A DNA stretch of 63,988 nt, taken from contig FLMG01003780.1 in NCBI GenBank assembly GCA_900088475.1, positions 16,685-80,672 of the forward strand. The letters are read 5' to 3'. The notes beneath the pieces are model-generated. The model had not been told where the DNA came from. It ran no database searches and was given only the letters and a program-made list of their open reading frames with translations. A program made the position numbers and the translations under genes. Position 1 is the first letter of the stretch; every line of letters starts with the position of its first letter. The DNA comes from Hyphochytrium catenoides. Taxonomy: Eukaryota; Protista; Hyphochytriomycota. Positions 50,801 to 63,100 of this stretch are shown here, piece after piece.

Positions 50801-52883
50801 AATATAAGGTGCTACCAAGTATACTGCATCACGCCAGGAAGAGCGAGAGAGCTCACGGTGCGACAGAGTGCTCGGGACACATTGTCTCTCATTTTTAAAG
50901 GCTTGAACAAGGAAGAGCAGATGTTTCAGACAAGCCAAGAGGACAGAGAAGAGAAGAAGGTCCCACTGAGCTTTGACCTTCCAGTGGACGTGGAAGGGAT
51001 CCTGGCTCAAGCGAACGTAAATGCTCTCTTAATCCTGCTCAACCCATCCTTCGCTAAGAAAGCATGATAGCTGCCCAGCTGTTGCCTCTTTCCTTCACCC
51101 CGACTTCCCTTACAATGCTAGAGCTCCAGCGGGACTCTTGCCCCATTGCGCTCCGATCTTTCCTGCCCTGGTTCTCACGCTTGCCAACGCTTCTCCTCAA
51201 TGTCATGTGTCAGTGTGATGGACTCTCTATCATATAGTACTCTGGCCTGATTCTATCCTTTACTTCTCGAAAGCCCTGGTCTCCTTGTCCCCTCTCCCCA
51301 CGTGTTGTTTCTGCTCCCCTCAGGGTCCCTTCCTTATCCCTTCTCGTCGACAGCGCTCTTGCTCACAATGTTATCCCAGGAGGATTACATCTCTCTTCGT
51401 ATCCCCTTCAAAGAGAGAGAGAACGGAACAGGTGCGGCGTGGCAACGCGCATTGAATGTTTCGCTGACATTCCAAGAGGAACTGGAGCCTAGCAGCTTTG
51501 CCTTGATGGGCTGCAGGTTCTGTGGACAGGAGCTCAGTAACAACAGGATTGAGCAGGTATCGTGTCGTCTGGTTTCTACCTCGCTTGGTCACACCTCTCT
51601 TTCCTTCTCTAACTTTCTCGTTTTATTCTATCCATCAATATCCTTCCATGACTCAGCTTACAGCGTCTTCTGGCCCGATGCCGCCATAATCTAGCAAGGT
51701 AGTTCTCTTTCCTCAACCTCGTTTCTTTACTCGTCTTCTCTCTCCCTCTCTATCGTCTTTGGCCCTTTCTTCTCCTAACCCTTTGGCCCTACGTCGCCTG
51801 TGTCAGGTGTTCCCTCTCCCATCCTCTGGCTGGCAGGACATGACAGAATATTGGACCAGCTGCCTCGAAATCTCTCAAAAGATCCCTAAGGAAGACATCA
51901 GGGCCTCTCCCCGAAGGTACGCCGAAGCCAACATTATAGCACAATGTGCCTCAGGACTGATCTGCCTCCCTTACTCTCCTTCCTGTCTCTCCTTATCTAT
52001 CTTTCCCTCCCTAGATGTTACCTAGGAACCACCTTCCTCCTCCTACATCCTTCCGATCTCCTGACAGGAAGCTTCATTCTAGAAGGAGAGAACACGACCC
52101 CTACGATTGTGCGCTGTTCTCGCTGCTTGTCCCTGCTAGGCATCGAGGAAGGCAGAGGCAGAGAGGGAGACAAGCAAGGGAGGACCTTTAAACTGGAGAA
52201 AAAGGCGCTCTTCTCTAATAGAGCGGAAGATGTAATGGAAAGTGCTAGTAAGGCAGGACAGAGGTTGAACATTCTCTCTCAATACAGTGTGGAGAGCTGC
52301 ACCGCTGTTTCCATGATGGAGTCAGTGGACGCCGCCGCGGGATACTCATTCCTTCTGAAGGTAGTGAAAGAAGAACTGAAAGAGAGAGGGAAGGACGACA
52401 GCAATAACGAGGAACTCAGGGGAGAAGTGGTTGGACGTTTGCAGGTAAATTATAAGGCTAATCCTGTTAGCTCTTGCCCACGCTTTCTCCGCGGAGACTC
52501 CAAATCACAGTCTAAGCATCTGTCCCTTTTCCACCCTCTAGCTGCCTAGCTGCCGCTTCATACATTTATCGCAGGTTTCTGTCTCTCTTTCTAATAGTCA
52601 TCGCTCCCTCTCCTCTTGTTCTGCAGGTGCTAAGTTGGGATCTTAGCCTTCTTTCCGGAGGCAGTGAGCAATGGCAGAGAGTGCTAAAGGTGACCTACAA
52701 TCGCGAGAGAGAAGGCGAAAGAAAGCGAGGGGGTAGCTCAAGGTACAGTCTTACTGTTTGCCATTGTGACTTCTTTGGAGCTGACTTGAGGAGATAGCAG
52801 GCCCACCCACGTTCTTGTACTGACGCAGGAGGAGGCCGAGGAGGTAAGGAGAGTACACTGCTCTCTCAGTGGGCTGTACCTCC

Positions 52884-52942
<59 letters not shown>

Positions 52943-53075
52943 ATGTGGGGCAGAGTGAGCACAGGCTAACGCATCTCTGCAGCTTCTTTCAGGTCTAGAG
53001 GAGACTACCGCGCTTCTCCCTCGATCATGCCAGTCCTTCCTCTCCTCTCGCGTGGGCTATCTCCGTCTTCCCTAA
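47805..53075 (+). CDS. Multidomain fusion: EEF1AKMT4/METTL13-type SAM methyltransferase + CS(p23) + SKICH-like + UBE3D/Ipa1 (HECT_2) (~1,140 aa, 10 exons)
   Basis: In-phase exons 47805-48051, 48273-49699, 50073-50171, 50345-51016, 51380-51556, 51807-51916, 52015-52444, 52627-52742, ~52800-52843, 52983-53075. MTase: EYGSGSYWEERY, YEWY, IGTGNSSL, DKGTLDAIL. CS: WSQDEEEV...VNPAESVWTL. SKICH-like: DYVAIY...SFPFQV. HECT_2: EKLSNIRCY, CRFCGQEL, PLPSSGWQDMTEYW, RCSRC, LEETTALLPRSCQSF. Confidence 0.75.
52888..52936 (+). repeat. (CT)n microsatellite (intronic); representative of many GA/CT tracts, e.g. near 5050, 5315, 10440, 33565, 37950, 58905
   Basis: Uninterrupted CT dinucleotide run. Several N gaps abut such tracts. 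Confidence 0.95.
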
Positions 53076-53121
53076 GGGCCAGCAAGATGTCTGTCTATTT
53101 GCGCTTCAAGGGTTAACGGGT

Positions 53122-53971
53122 CTATGGCGCTTGGAACTGTAGGACCACCATGCTGCTGCTCTCTCTTTCACTCTCCAGCTCTTCCCTAGTTAAGGCCCTA
53201 AGTCGTAGCCTTTGCCGGATCCTTTGTCTCTGGTCTTCATTGGAACTTCGACTGAGAGGCACTGGAAGAGATAGGAACGAATCGCTTGTGCAGCTCATTC
53301 CGTCTTCCTCTACGCCAAGAGATCGCCTGCAAGTAGATATCTTAGATATTGAGGAGACTAGATGCCACTCCTCCAAAAGCAGGAAGAAAACGAGCGCCCC
53401 GTGGTCGTCAGTTTCTCTCTCCCACAGGGCGTCATCTGCCCGTCTCTGCTGTTGCTCGTCTATTCTGACTTGCAAGTCCTCCATCATTGACTCCCAATGC
53501 GTCCGTATGGCTTCCCTTATCCCTCGCTCAACCTCAGAGATCTCCCTGAATATTGACGGGTCGTCCGTCGTCCACACACTGACAGGCGTATCTTCTTCAT
53601 CAGTGCTTCTCTCTTCCTCCTCTCCTCTGTGCAAGAGAAAGAGAGGAACCCCTTCAAAGAGTTTCTTCTCCAAGAGGTCGAAGAGTGGCGGGTGATAGGG
53701 AAAACGCAGCGAGAACTCCCGGTCCCTCTCTCCAAGAGAGGTAAAGGGATTGCCTCTGATAATAAAGAATTCTTCGCCCGCGTTGTCTCTTCTTGGTCTT
53801 CCATGCTCTGCTCCTTCTCTCTCTTGATCTTGGAAGACAAAGATGAACTTGGAACTGGAAGGGGTGAGGGCGAACCAGTTCTTAACCAGCCACTGTCCCA
53901 CCTACATAGAACGACACGTGTGAGGATGGAGAAGCTTGAACCAAAGGGACAGAAAGAGAGAGAGAATGAGG

Positions 53972-54007
<36 letters not shown>

Positions 54008-55752
54008 TGATGCGACTGAGTGTATACGAAGGGAAAGAGTGTCGAGAGAGGGAATAGAGGAGTATCGGACCTTTGGAAAGAGCGAGACTAACGTGCTTTC
54101 AGGGACATCAGGCGACGAATGAGCTGACTCCAAGTACTCGACGAACATATTCTGGTCGAGGTAAAGAGAGAGAGAGACATTCGTTCCTCCGCCTCCTTCA
54201 TCTCTCACTCTCAACTCTGTCTGCTTGAATGCCTGAAGGAGATGTTGCGCTACACTGAAGTGAGGGTCAGAGAGCGGGGAGAGCGAGGAAGAAGACAGAC
54301 GTAGGATTTGAGACAGAGTAGAGAGGAGACCGTTCACATTGACAGTGCCATCAGGCAAGAGATGGTGAACAGCCACTACTCCTGCCTCTCCCAAAAGGGA
54401 CCTTGGGACTTCTGCTTTGCCCGCGGAAGGTCTACCGCTGGAGAGGAAGGAAGCTTCGATGGCAGTAGAAGAACTCTGTGAAGGAAGAGACCCATTTGCT
54501 TGTTGCTTTAGGGTCTCTCGGAAAAGGCGCACTACCTTCTCCTCCTCCATCTGAGGCCTCATCTCCTCACAGCGAGACAGAAGGAACAGGACCTTGTGGC
54601 CTGCAGGAAGAAGTTCTGCTAGCGTATCTAGCCGTTGACAAATCTCTCTCTCTCTTGAGTTGGCTTCTTGTGTCTCTGCAGACGTCGTCCCCTCTTGTCC
54701 TACTGCACTCTGGCCTTGCACCGGAGCTTGGTGGCCAACCAAAGAGGCGGTGTTGACGAAATAAATGACGGCTTTTGCACGGCTTAGCAGGGCCAGGGAC
54801 TTCTTCATCACTGTCTGGAGTCTTTCTTCCATGCCAAACCAAACATCCTTCTCATCATCGTCACGGTGCGCTTCTTCCGTGGCTCGTACCCTGTCCTTAT
54901 CTCTCTTCTTGACTTTTTCTTTGTATGCGAGACTGACCAGTCTATCAAGGTGGTCACCTCCTAGTTCTATGAACTGCAAGAGGATGTGCCTTGTATCCTG
55001 AGGAATATCCTCTTGGAAGGGCGTGAGGTCCGCTCCTTGTTCCTCTAGGAAGAAGAGGAAATCTTCGAGCGTAAGAAGAAGAGAGCCTTGCGCAATGTCA
55101 GTGTCCAAGAAGGGCAACTCATCCATCGCCGCACCTAAGCCCACACCGTGTGGAAGATAGCGTCCGTTGACAAAGCTGCTTTTTAGTATGGGGAGGACGG
55201 CATTGAGCTCAAAGAAGTGCGCCTCTGCGGCGTCTGAGAAGCTGTGGATAAAGGTAGACTTGCCGGCGTTCTGGTCTCCTAAGAGGATGAAGGTATAGAC
55301 CTTGGTAGGCGAATGAGAGGTGGTGAANNNNNNNNNNNNNNNNNNNNNNNNNNNNNNNNNNNNNNNNNAGAGAGAGAGAGAGAGTGTGTGTCAGAAAGAG
55401 AGAACGACAGGCAGGAGAGACAGACAGACAGAGACAGCGGGAGAGAAACGCAGATCCAGAACAGCCCATATCTAAGCATTGAGAGACCATTAAGAGGGAG
55501 CCTTCCACTTGAAGACTAGGAGAATTGACAGACCAAGACCAGTGACCTTGACGAGAGGACAAACGATCTCTGAACCGTTGAAAGACTGTCTTGATAAACC
55601 GAGACAGACAGAGGGAGGGGAGCTCCAATTAAAAGGAGAGATGCAGCTCAGGCTGACGGAGGGTTCATAGAGAGAGATCTCACCTGGAAGAACCCGAGCT
55701 CTGACCTCTGGATCGGAAGCCGCTTGCTCTTCTTCTTATGTTCCTCTTCCAT
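53122..55752 (-). CDS. Divergent P-loop GTPase-like protein (~690 aa, 3 exons)
   Basis: Exons 55752-55684, 55300-54071, 53901-53122, all phase 0. Walker A FILLGDQNAGKSTF, G3-position LQFIELGGD, then AVIYFVN and G4-position VLFLLSRCE. Confidence 0.72.
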
Positions 55753-58612
55753 TGCTAATGGCTGCCCAGTGCCCTCTCCCAGCCAAGTAGTGTCTCTTAG
55801 GCTATATATTCTGGTCACAGCTCCTCGTCAGAGCGTCTGCAGGAGCCATTCAACGGCCATAGATCGTATATGCTTTGGCCAAGGAACAGATCATCCCACG
55901 GCCGCCGCCACTAGCATTCAAGAGATATGAGGAGACCGACGGGCGGCACTCAAGCCAGTGCCCATAAAAAGGTAGTAGACTGTCTAGTGTCGGGTCTATT
56001 AACCCTTCTCTGCTTGTCTTGCCTTTCCTCTGCGCCATCCTCCGCAAAGCTCACTCTCCCTCTTGCCTCCTGCCTGATCATCTGCGGCGGCAGCATCTGC
56101 CGTTCTGATGTTCGCTTCCTTGGCAATCTGCTAGCGTTAGCGGCTCTGGAGGAGGAAGAACAAAGAGATAACGGAGAATTTTTATTATTGCGGATGATGA
56201 TGAAAGAGAAGACAGCAGCACGGTGATGGCACCTGCGGGGTTGTTGACGGCCGGCAGTCTGATGATTGCGGAGGAGGTCGTGACTGATGGAAACTCATGT
56301 CCCTCGGTTGTCGGAGCTGCTGCCATGTACCTCAACGGTCTGGGCTCCTCAAGGGAAGGAAGAGGCTATGAGCGAGCCAACAAGTTGCCACATCTCAAGG
56401 TAGGAAGGCCAGTCCCGTAGTAAGTCAGACAGAGAAAAGTTTATCTTCCTGTGCGGCGCAAGGTATGCGTAGAGCTTTGCTTCTTATCAAGGAAGGTCTA
56501 TTCTGTTCTTCTATCAGCATTGCCTACCGCCCGTCCACAGTCTATGAGAGGCATCAGCTTCCGTCTCCTCTGCCAGCAGCAAGAAGGATGAGCCCTTCCT
56601 CTGACCCATGGCCGTCTTTGAGACCCATTACGATGTCAGAATCCCTTGCCCGCTTCTCAAGGAGGGCTCTGTTCCACTTAGTGTCTTTCTCTCCTGATGC
56701 CACCGCACCTACATCCTCCTGCTCTTAACTCCTTACTCCCTTCTTTCGGGTTCTCCTGCCGAACCTTTGAGCAGCCGGTCAAGCTATCTAGAGCTCCTTT
56801 CTTCTTCTCTCTCACTACTGCTGGGAAGAAGCGCCGACCTCTTTAAGCTGAGCTCAAGCATCCAACAGACCTCACCACCGCTCCTCGTAGGTCAGGCAGC
56901 ACCATAGCGTCGTGAGTTAAAGGTAACGAGGACACTGCTAGGTTGGCTGTCGTACTCTCTAGCGTCTGTCTCTCAGTCTTCCTTCTCCTCTTCCATACAA
57001 GAGCAAAGATCTCACTAGCGACTTTTATCTAATGGCATCTGCGTGAAGCTAGGAGGGAGAGGAGACGTAACTCTCCTTCTCACCGTTGCTATTTCTTTGA
57101 GTTGCTCAACAATTCGAGGTTGGGGGCCCCTGATAACAAGTTCCAGAGCTGACAAGGCGGCCAGAAACGACTCTGCCCTTCTCTGACTGGCAAACATTAA
57201 CCTTTGTCTTCCTTCCAATGGTAATGTATATCCCTAGAAAGGCGATCTCGGGTCGTGCAGCCCTCTATGGCATTCGTCACGCATGAGGACGTGGTCTAGG
57301 ACAGAGCTTCACAGCAGATGAGACTGATCACCGAAGAGAGACAAAGTTACCCTGAGGTGATGAGAAAGACTACTTGCCAGTGCTTGCTTCTCACTCTAGG
57401 TCAATACATTCCTCAGAGGACAGGCTTTCCTGTTCGATGCAAAATGTAGCCGAGAGATAAGCCGGGCCGCTTCATTGCTCTTTGACCTTTGCTTTGAAGC
57501 GAAGTGGAACTGTGCTAGCAATAGAAAATTGTCTACTATGCAGAAGAGCTTGAGGGTACTAGTAGAACCCTTAGAATAGTAGGAGGTGCTCCCGACAAAA
57601 GCAGGTGGTAGCATGGAACGTTTGTTCAGCATGCGTAGTCTAATGACAGAATCTCTGTTTATACAGAGAGTATCAAGTTTGGGCTGCTAGTGGCCGTTGC
57701 TGCATAAAGCACAGTGCCGAAAGATCAGCAGCATAACTACTATTTCATAGCATGTCTTCCAAACGTATAGAGCCATCAGGCAATATCGCGATAAGAGGAG
57801 ATGTCCGACTCCAGCGAAGTGTGCTAATACGGGGTACAGATCATGATGAGATTGAGCTCTGATCGTCCACCGCCACTACCGGTAAGGCCGACGGGTGGAG
57901 CACTACATCCAATAACGCTGCAGACGACGTCCTTCCCGTCGTAGAGCTTTCTATTGGAGCGCCGTAGTACCTCCTCTCATGATGCGCCGTCAGCCACAGC
58001 CAGAGCTCCAGGGCACGCAACGCACCTACCTCCGAATCCTAGTCCGACCCAGACAGACCCTAAGATAATAACTGAGAGAGCTCCCTTGCCCATCACGGCC
58101 TCCGGGCGGGCCGGGCCATACACAGCGGCAGGCAGACTCTCTACCTCCCTCGGAGACTCTATGACGAGGGCGCTGGAAGCCGCCTCTATGGCTGTTATGA
58201 TGAGTTTGTAGGGGTTTCTAGGGTTAATCCTTCGAGGGCTGCACACTACCGTTTCGCATCACCTTAAGTACAAGTACATCAAGTCCAGTAGTGTTCGTGA
58301 CTTGGTACTTGTAGTAAGTCTATCAAGCCCAACAATACTCCTCAGATAAGCACAAGCATCCCACATTTATACTTTATTAGTTGCAAGTCCAACCGGGTTC
58401 TAGTTTTTCGAGTACTTGATTGACGGGCTTTATGGTAGTATGAGGTACCTGGACTTATACAAGTACTGTGAAACTGTACAACCAGTTCGTTTCTGTTGCA
58501 TGAGAGGAACAGATATACTTGTATTTGTACTTGTAACAGTATCGTGTATAGTTCTACTTGCACTTGACAACAATGGTGCTTTGTAGGTAGGCGAGACCGA
58601 GTAACGTCTAGA

Positions 58613-58690
58613 CAGAGAGAGAGACGAGAGAGAGAGACGAGAGAGAGAGACGAGAGAGAGAGACGAGAGAGAGAGACGAGAGAGAGAGAG
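58613..58690 (+). repeat. 13-bp minisatellite, (GA)6C unit, ~5-6 copies
   Basis: Interrupting C at 58625, 58638, 58651, 58664 and 58677, an exact period of 13. Confidence 0.9.
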
Positions 58691-58898
58691 AGCAGAAAAA
58701 GAAAGAGACGAGAGACGAGAGACATAGGCAGAGAGAGAGAGTGAGAGACAGTAGAAGGAGAAAGATAGAGAGACACACACAGAGAGGAATCATAGAGAGA
58801 AGGGAGAGAAAGACAAAGCAAGGCAGAGACAGACTGACGAAGCAGATCGGTTACTAACGTCCCGCGAATGCTCTCTTCTCCTCCGTTGCCTGCCTGTT

Positions 58899-58931
<33 letters not shown>

Positions 58932-60130
58932 NNNNNNNNNNNNNNNNNNNNNNNNNNNNNNCCCTCTCTCTCTCTCTCTCTCTCTCCTCCTCTTTATGAT
59001 CTCTCTGGTGCAGAACCTGCTTCTCCTTGGGCTTCCATTGCTGGCGGTTAAGTCATTCTCGCATCTCGTCCCCGTGTTAGTCAGTACGGCCCCTTCTGAT
59101 TCTTGGCTTCCTGTCTCCTCTATGAGAGGCTGTACCACTGATGGGATCTGAGAGAGGAGAGCAGATCGACGAGGAAGGGGCTGGGAGAGAGGCAAACACC
59201 AAGGGAGAGACCAAAGATAGATTGTAGCCTCTCGTGTCTTAGACTAGATGTGAGGAACAACAAGGGAGGGAGAGCAGACTCGAAAGGGCAAGTTAGATAT
59301 AGTAAAACAATAGAGGAAGGAAGGACAAAGGCAAACGCTGCTTCCCCTTTGTCCCTCTCCGTCTACGGTCAAGCCTCTTATTACCTCTCTACTTCTCTCT
59401 CTCTCTCTTTCTTGCTTCGAGTAGGGTCTCCCTCTTCACTGGCTCATCCCTTTCAATCCTTCCGTTACCTTATCTTAACACTCTTCACCAGCCGTACTGC
59501 TTCTGCTTTGCTGACCTGAGCGGCGTCGCCTACTTCTAAAAAGTCTTCTTCGTTTCTCTATCTCCCTCTCCCAAGACACGCCGCTGCACTAGATCACACG
59601 GCCACTACACTCGTCTCATCGAGCCCACACCGTTCCTTGGGCGCCATGTTCCTCATACTTCACCGGTACTATCCTCCTACTATGCTCAGCATCCAGCAGA
59701 AAATAGAGCTGGAGATCAGCTAAGCGTCTCCCATTCTATACGAGCCACCCGCCTTCGCCTGATCTGCTGGCTAAAGACATTTCTTTCTTTGCCAGTTTTG
59801 TCCTTAGACCCTCTGTCCATCACTATCATCTCTTGCTTTGGCTTCTCTCTACTACTTCAATCTCCCTTCCGCTCTCTCTCATCGCTCCGCCATATCCGGA
59901 CTCACTGCTCTCCATGCGATGAACTCATTCTGACCCTATCTTTCTCTCAGTCCCTGTTCCTTTCTCGCTTTCTAAAATCTTCATCCGCTACAACTTGTTC
60001 CGACTGCTACGTCGTTCTCTGTCATCGCCAAAAGGAGCGGCTAAGGAAACTAGGGCGAGGACACTTTTCCTTCTTGGCGGGAACGCTGTCTGACGTTGAG
60101 CGCTGAGCTTCTCTTTGTGATAGGGTCGTG

Positions 60131-63100
60131 ATGCTGAGAGGGATAGAAGATGAGAAGGACTCAGATGCCCTCAGCGTCAGTGAGGCGACCTCGAGGAGTA
60201 CGCGAGCAAGAGAGAGATCCCTAAGAAAAGAAGAACTACCTTCCACCACGTCTTACTCTTCTCCACGCTCCCCTCGCCCTTCTTCGAAAGGCGTCAAGTC
60301 CTCGTCTCCCCCTCCCATGCTCCTAATACCTCCCTCTTCTCTGGCCCTTCGCGTCTCCCCCGCCATCGCTCCACTTGGGCCTCTCTTGTCTTCTCCTCCT
60401 TCCGCGCGACCTTCCGCTCGTGTCAATAAACGGCGGTACACTCTTCCTGGGACGGTCTGGAAAGCGGAGTTCCGTCCCACGTCAAAGGTCCACTGGCGGA
60501 TGTTCTCCTGCTCTCGGGGCGATCGGTCCCGCTGGCTCATTGATGGACTGATAACTGAACTGCTCGAGGGAAAGCTCTCAGTCTCTGTCTTTCCTCTATC
60601 TTCCCAAGACCTCCCGTCCACTTCCTCTGGTGACAGAGCAGAAGATGACCCGGAGGAGCCTAATAAGCGGTTCAAGAAATATATTCTCTCTCGCCATCGC
60701 AGGCTGATTGACGGAGCTCACGTTCTCTTCATCTTCGGCCTTCTACTGTTGAATTTGGGCTTCTTCTTCCCTGCGGACTGGAGCTTCCTCTGTCTCCTTG
60801 GGCTCCTCTTCATGCTTCCTCGGCAGCTGATGGTCATAGTAACGCTTAGACGGTTCATGCTCACCGTACTGCTAATCTATTCCTTCGAGTATGTCTTTCT
60901 CTCCTTTCTTTCTATCATTCTCTCCTCTCTGTGGGTGGCCATGCTCGCTCCTCACCCGGACTGGGCGAGGGTACTGGGCGTTCTTAGCATTCTTCTCAAT
61001 GTCCAAGTAGCGCTAACATACGACGCCTGGGACATTAACTTCCGTGCCCGAGGGAGGCTTCCTCTCTCCCTCATGCTCCTCACCTACCTGCTCTTCGCCA
61101 TGGCTTTCCAGCTTAGAGTCTTCCCTATGATAAGAAGGGACGACGTTCCTCTCCCGCTACTCTGGTTCAAGCTCCTCCCAGCAGACGTCGTGGCCAACAT
61201 CTTCTATTTGTACGGGATCTACCATTGCAAAATGCTCTTCGACATCTGGAGACTGAGGAGAAACGGAAGAAAGAGAACAAAGAGAAGGGTTGCCGTTCCT
61301 GGCGCGCCTTCCCCTCAAAGGCGACTGAAAGAAGGCGCAGATAAGAAAGGAATAGGCACCGAAAAAGAGGAAGAGAGAGAGAGAGAAGGCAAGAAAAGCA
61401 CTATTTCGATCAGCGGAGAGAGGTTAAAGAGTGAGGTCGAGACGATCTCCATCCGCGTGCCTCTCATTCTTAGAGTGAGAGTGCAGAAGCCTAAGAGATT
61501 AGACTTGGGAAAGCTCTTGCTCTCCCGTTCTCCCCAGTCACCCGTCTCCTCTGCACGGACGGCTCTGTTCACTCCGGAGGAGCTTCAAGAACATTCCCTG
61601 CCCTCTCCTCTCTCCACGGCACGCACCCAAACGCCTCCCAGCTTAAGAGAAGAGGGAGAAGAAGGAAAGAGAAGTGAAGAAGCAGTACTGCCTCGGCCCC
61701 TTGAACCAGCCTTCCGCCGTCCGCGTTCTCTTTCTCTCTCTGGCCCCATCGGCGTCCCTAACAATAACAGCAGCCTGTCTCCGTCTCCACCACGCTCAGG
61801 GAGCCTCCTAGTCGCTCCTGTCATCACGAAGCAGCTAACTAAAGAAGGGAGATCTCCATTTTTCGTTACGGAGAAACAGAGTGTTCTCTCGGTACCAGGG
61901 AGATTGCCTGCCTCGCGAATACTTCCTCTCACCGTGGAGAAACCTCTGTCTCCTAACATCTCTCCCCTAGCCGGTGCGCCGTCTGAGGATAAGGTTGGAA
62001 TGTTCTCTTCTTCCTCTCTTGCCCATTCACATCCTCTTCCCTTGGACCGGAATCAAGAGACAGGGCCACAAAGTGCTGTCGCCAGGGAGGAGTCTAGCGA
62101 GGACTCGGGCCTCGGTTATGTTGTCTGCCTTCCTGCCTCTTCCTGCTCAGTGGCTCCTCTCTCTTCTTCCCCCACGTCAAAAGGAGACAGAATCTTTGAG
62201 CCAAGAGAGAGAGTCTTCGCGCCTCCTGCTACCTCTCCTTCTGCGGCGTCATCACTCATTTATCAGAAAATGGTAAGAGATAGGCTACCTGGTAGAGCCG
62301 ATAGCGAGGATAGAGGACAGCTTTCCATCGGTGGTCCTCCGCTTCTGTCTCGCTCTTTCACAGAAGGGACGAGAAGCCACTCTCCTTCTTCCCTCTCGAG
62401 AGACCAAGCTGTGCGATCTTTCCGTATGCCGAAGGTCCGCGCGGTCCCTGTGGAGGCCGCGCCACTCACAGAGAGAAGAAAGAACAGCCCCACTGCTTCT
62501 CCCCGCACCCCTTTCCCTCTCTTTCTCCCAGCGCCAGCTTCACGAGAGTTGCCGTTAGATAAGAAAGAAGGCGTCACTTCCCTTGGTGCTCCATCAGAAA
62601 GGGCTTCACCTTCAAAGAGAGAGGCACCCGTGAGCGGCCCTGCCATTCGTCCTAGTCCCACTGCTGAAGAAGTCCGAGCCTTNNNNNNNNNNNNNNNNNN
62701 NNNNNNNNNNNNNNNNNNNNNNNNNNNNNNNNNNNNNNNNNNNGGCTGGAGACACAGAGTCCGTGACAGAGAGAGGAACAATAATTAGCAGTCCTTGCTC
62801 CTCCGCTCGCTCTTCTGCCACAGAACAGAAGGAGAGCCCACTTGCTATCTCTCCTCCTTCTCCTTCTGCGAGTGGTACTCGACGCCTCTCGTTGAGAGCT
62901 GCCCTCAATCTAACTATGCAGACTGGCACTCTGGCTCCTTCTGGATCTGATCCTCCCCAAGACGCTCCCACTCCCGTCTCTCCCTTGGGCACGCTGAAGA
63001 GGAGACTGTCTTCCAAGATCTTCCCTCAGAACGAAGTCTCTGTTTCATCTGCTCCGCCGCTGTCTCCTCCTCTTGCACTCATCAAAAAGAACGTATTTCT

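Noticed and set aside
56220-57350. Short protein-like frames upstream of the GTPase-like gene
   Set aside because: No consistent exon chain or motif could be built on either strand.
62683-62788. Apparent frameshift and stop in the membrane protein ORF
   Set aside because: The offset coincides with an N gap of estimated length, and another frame stays open after it.
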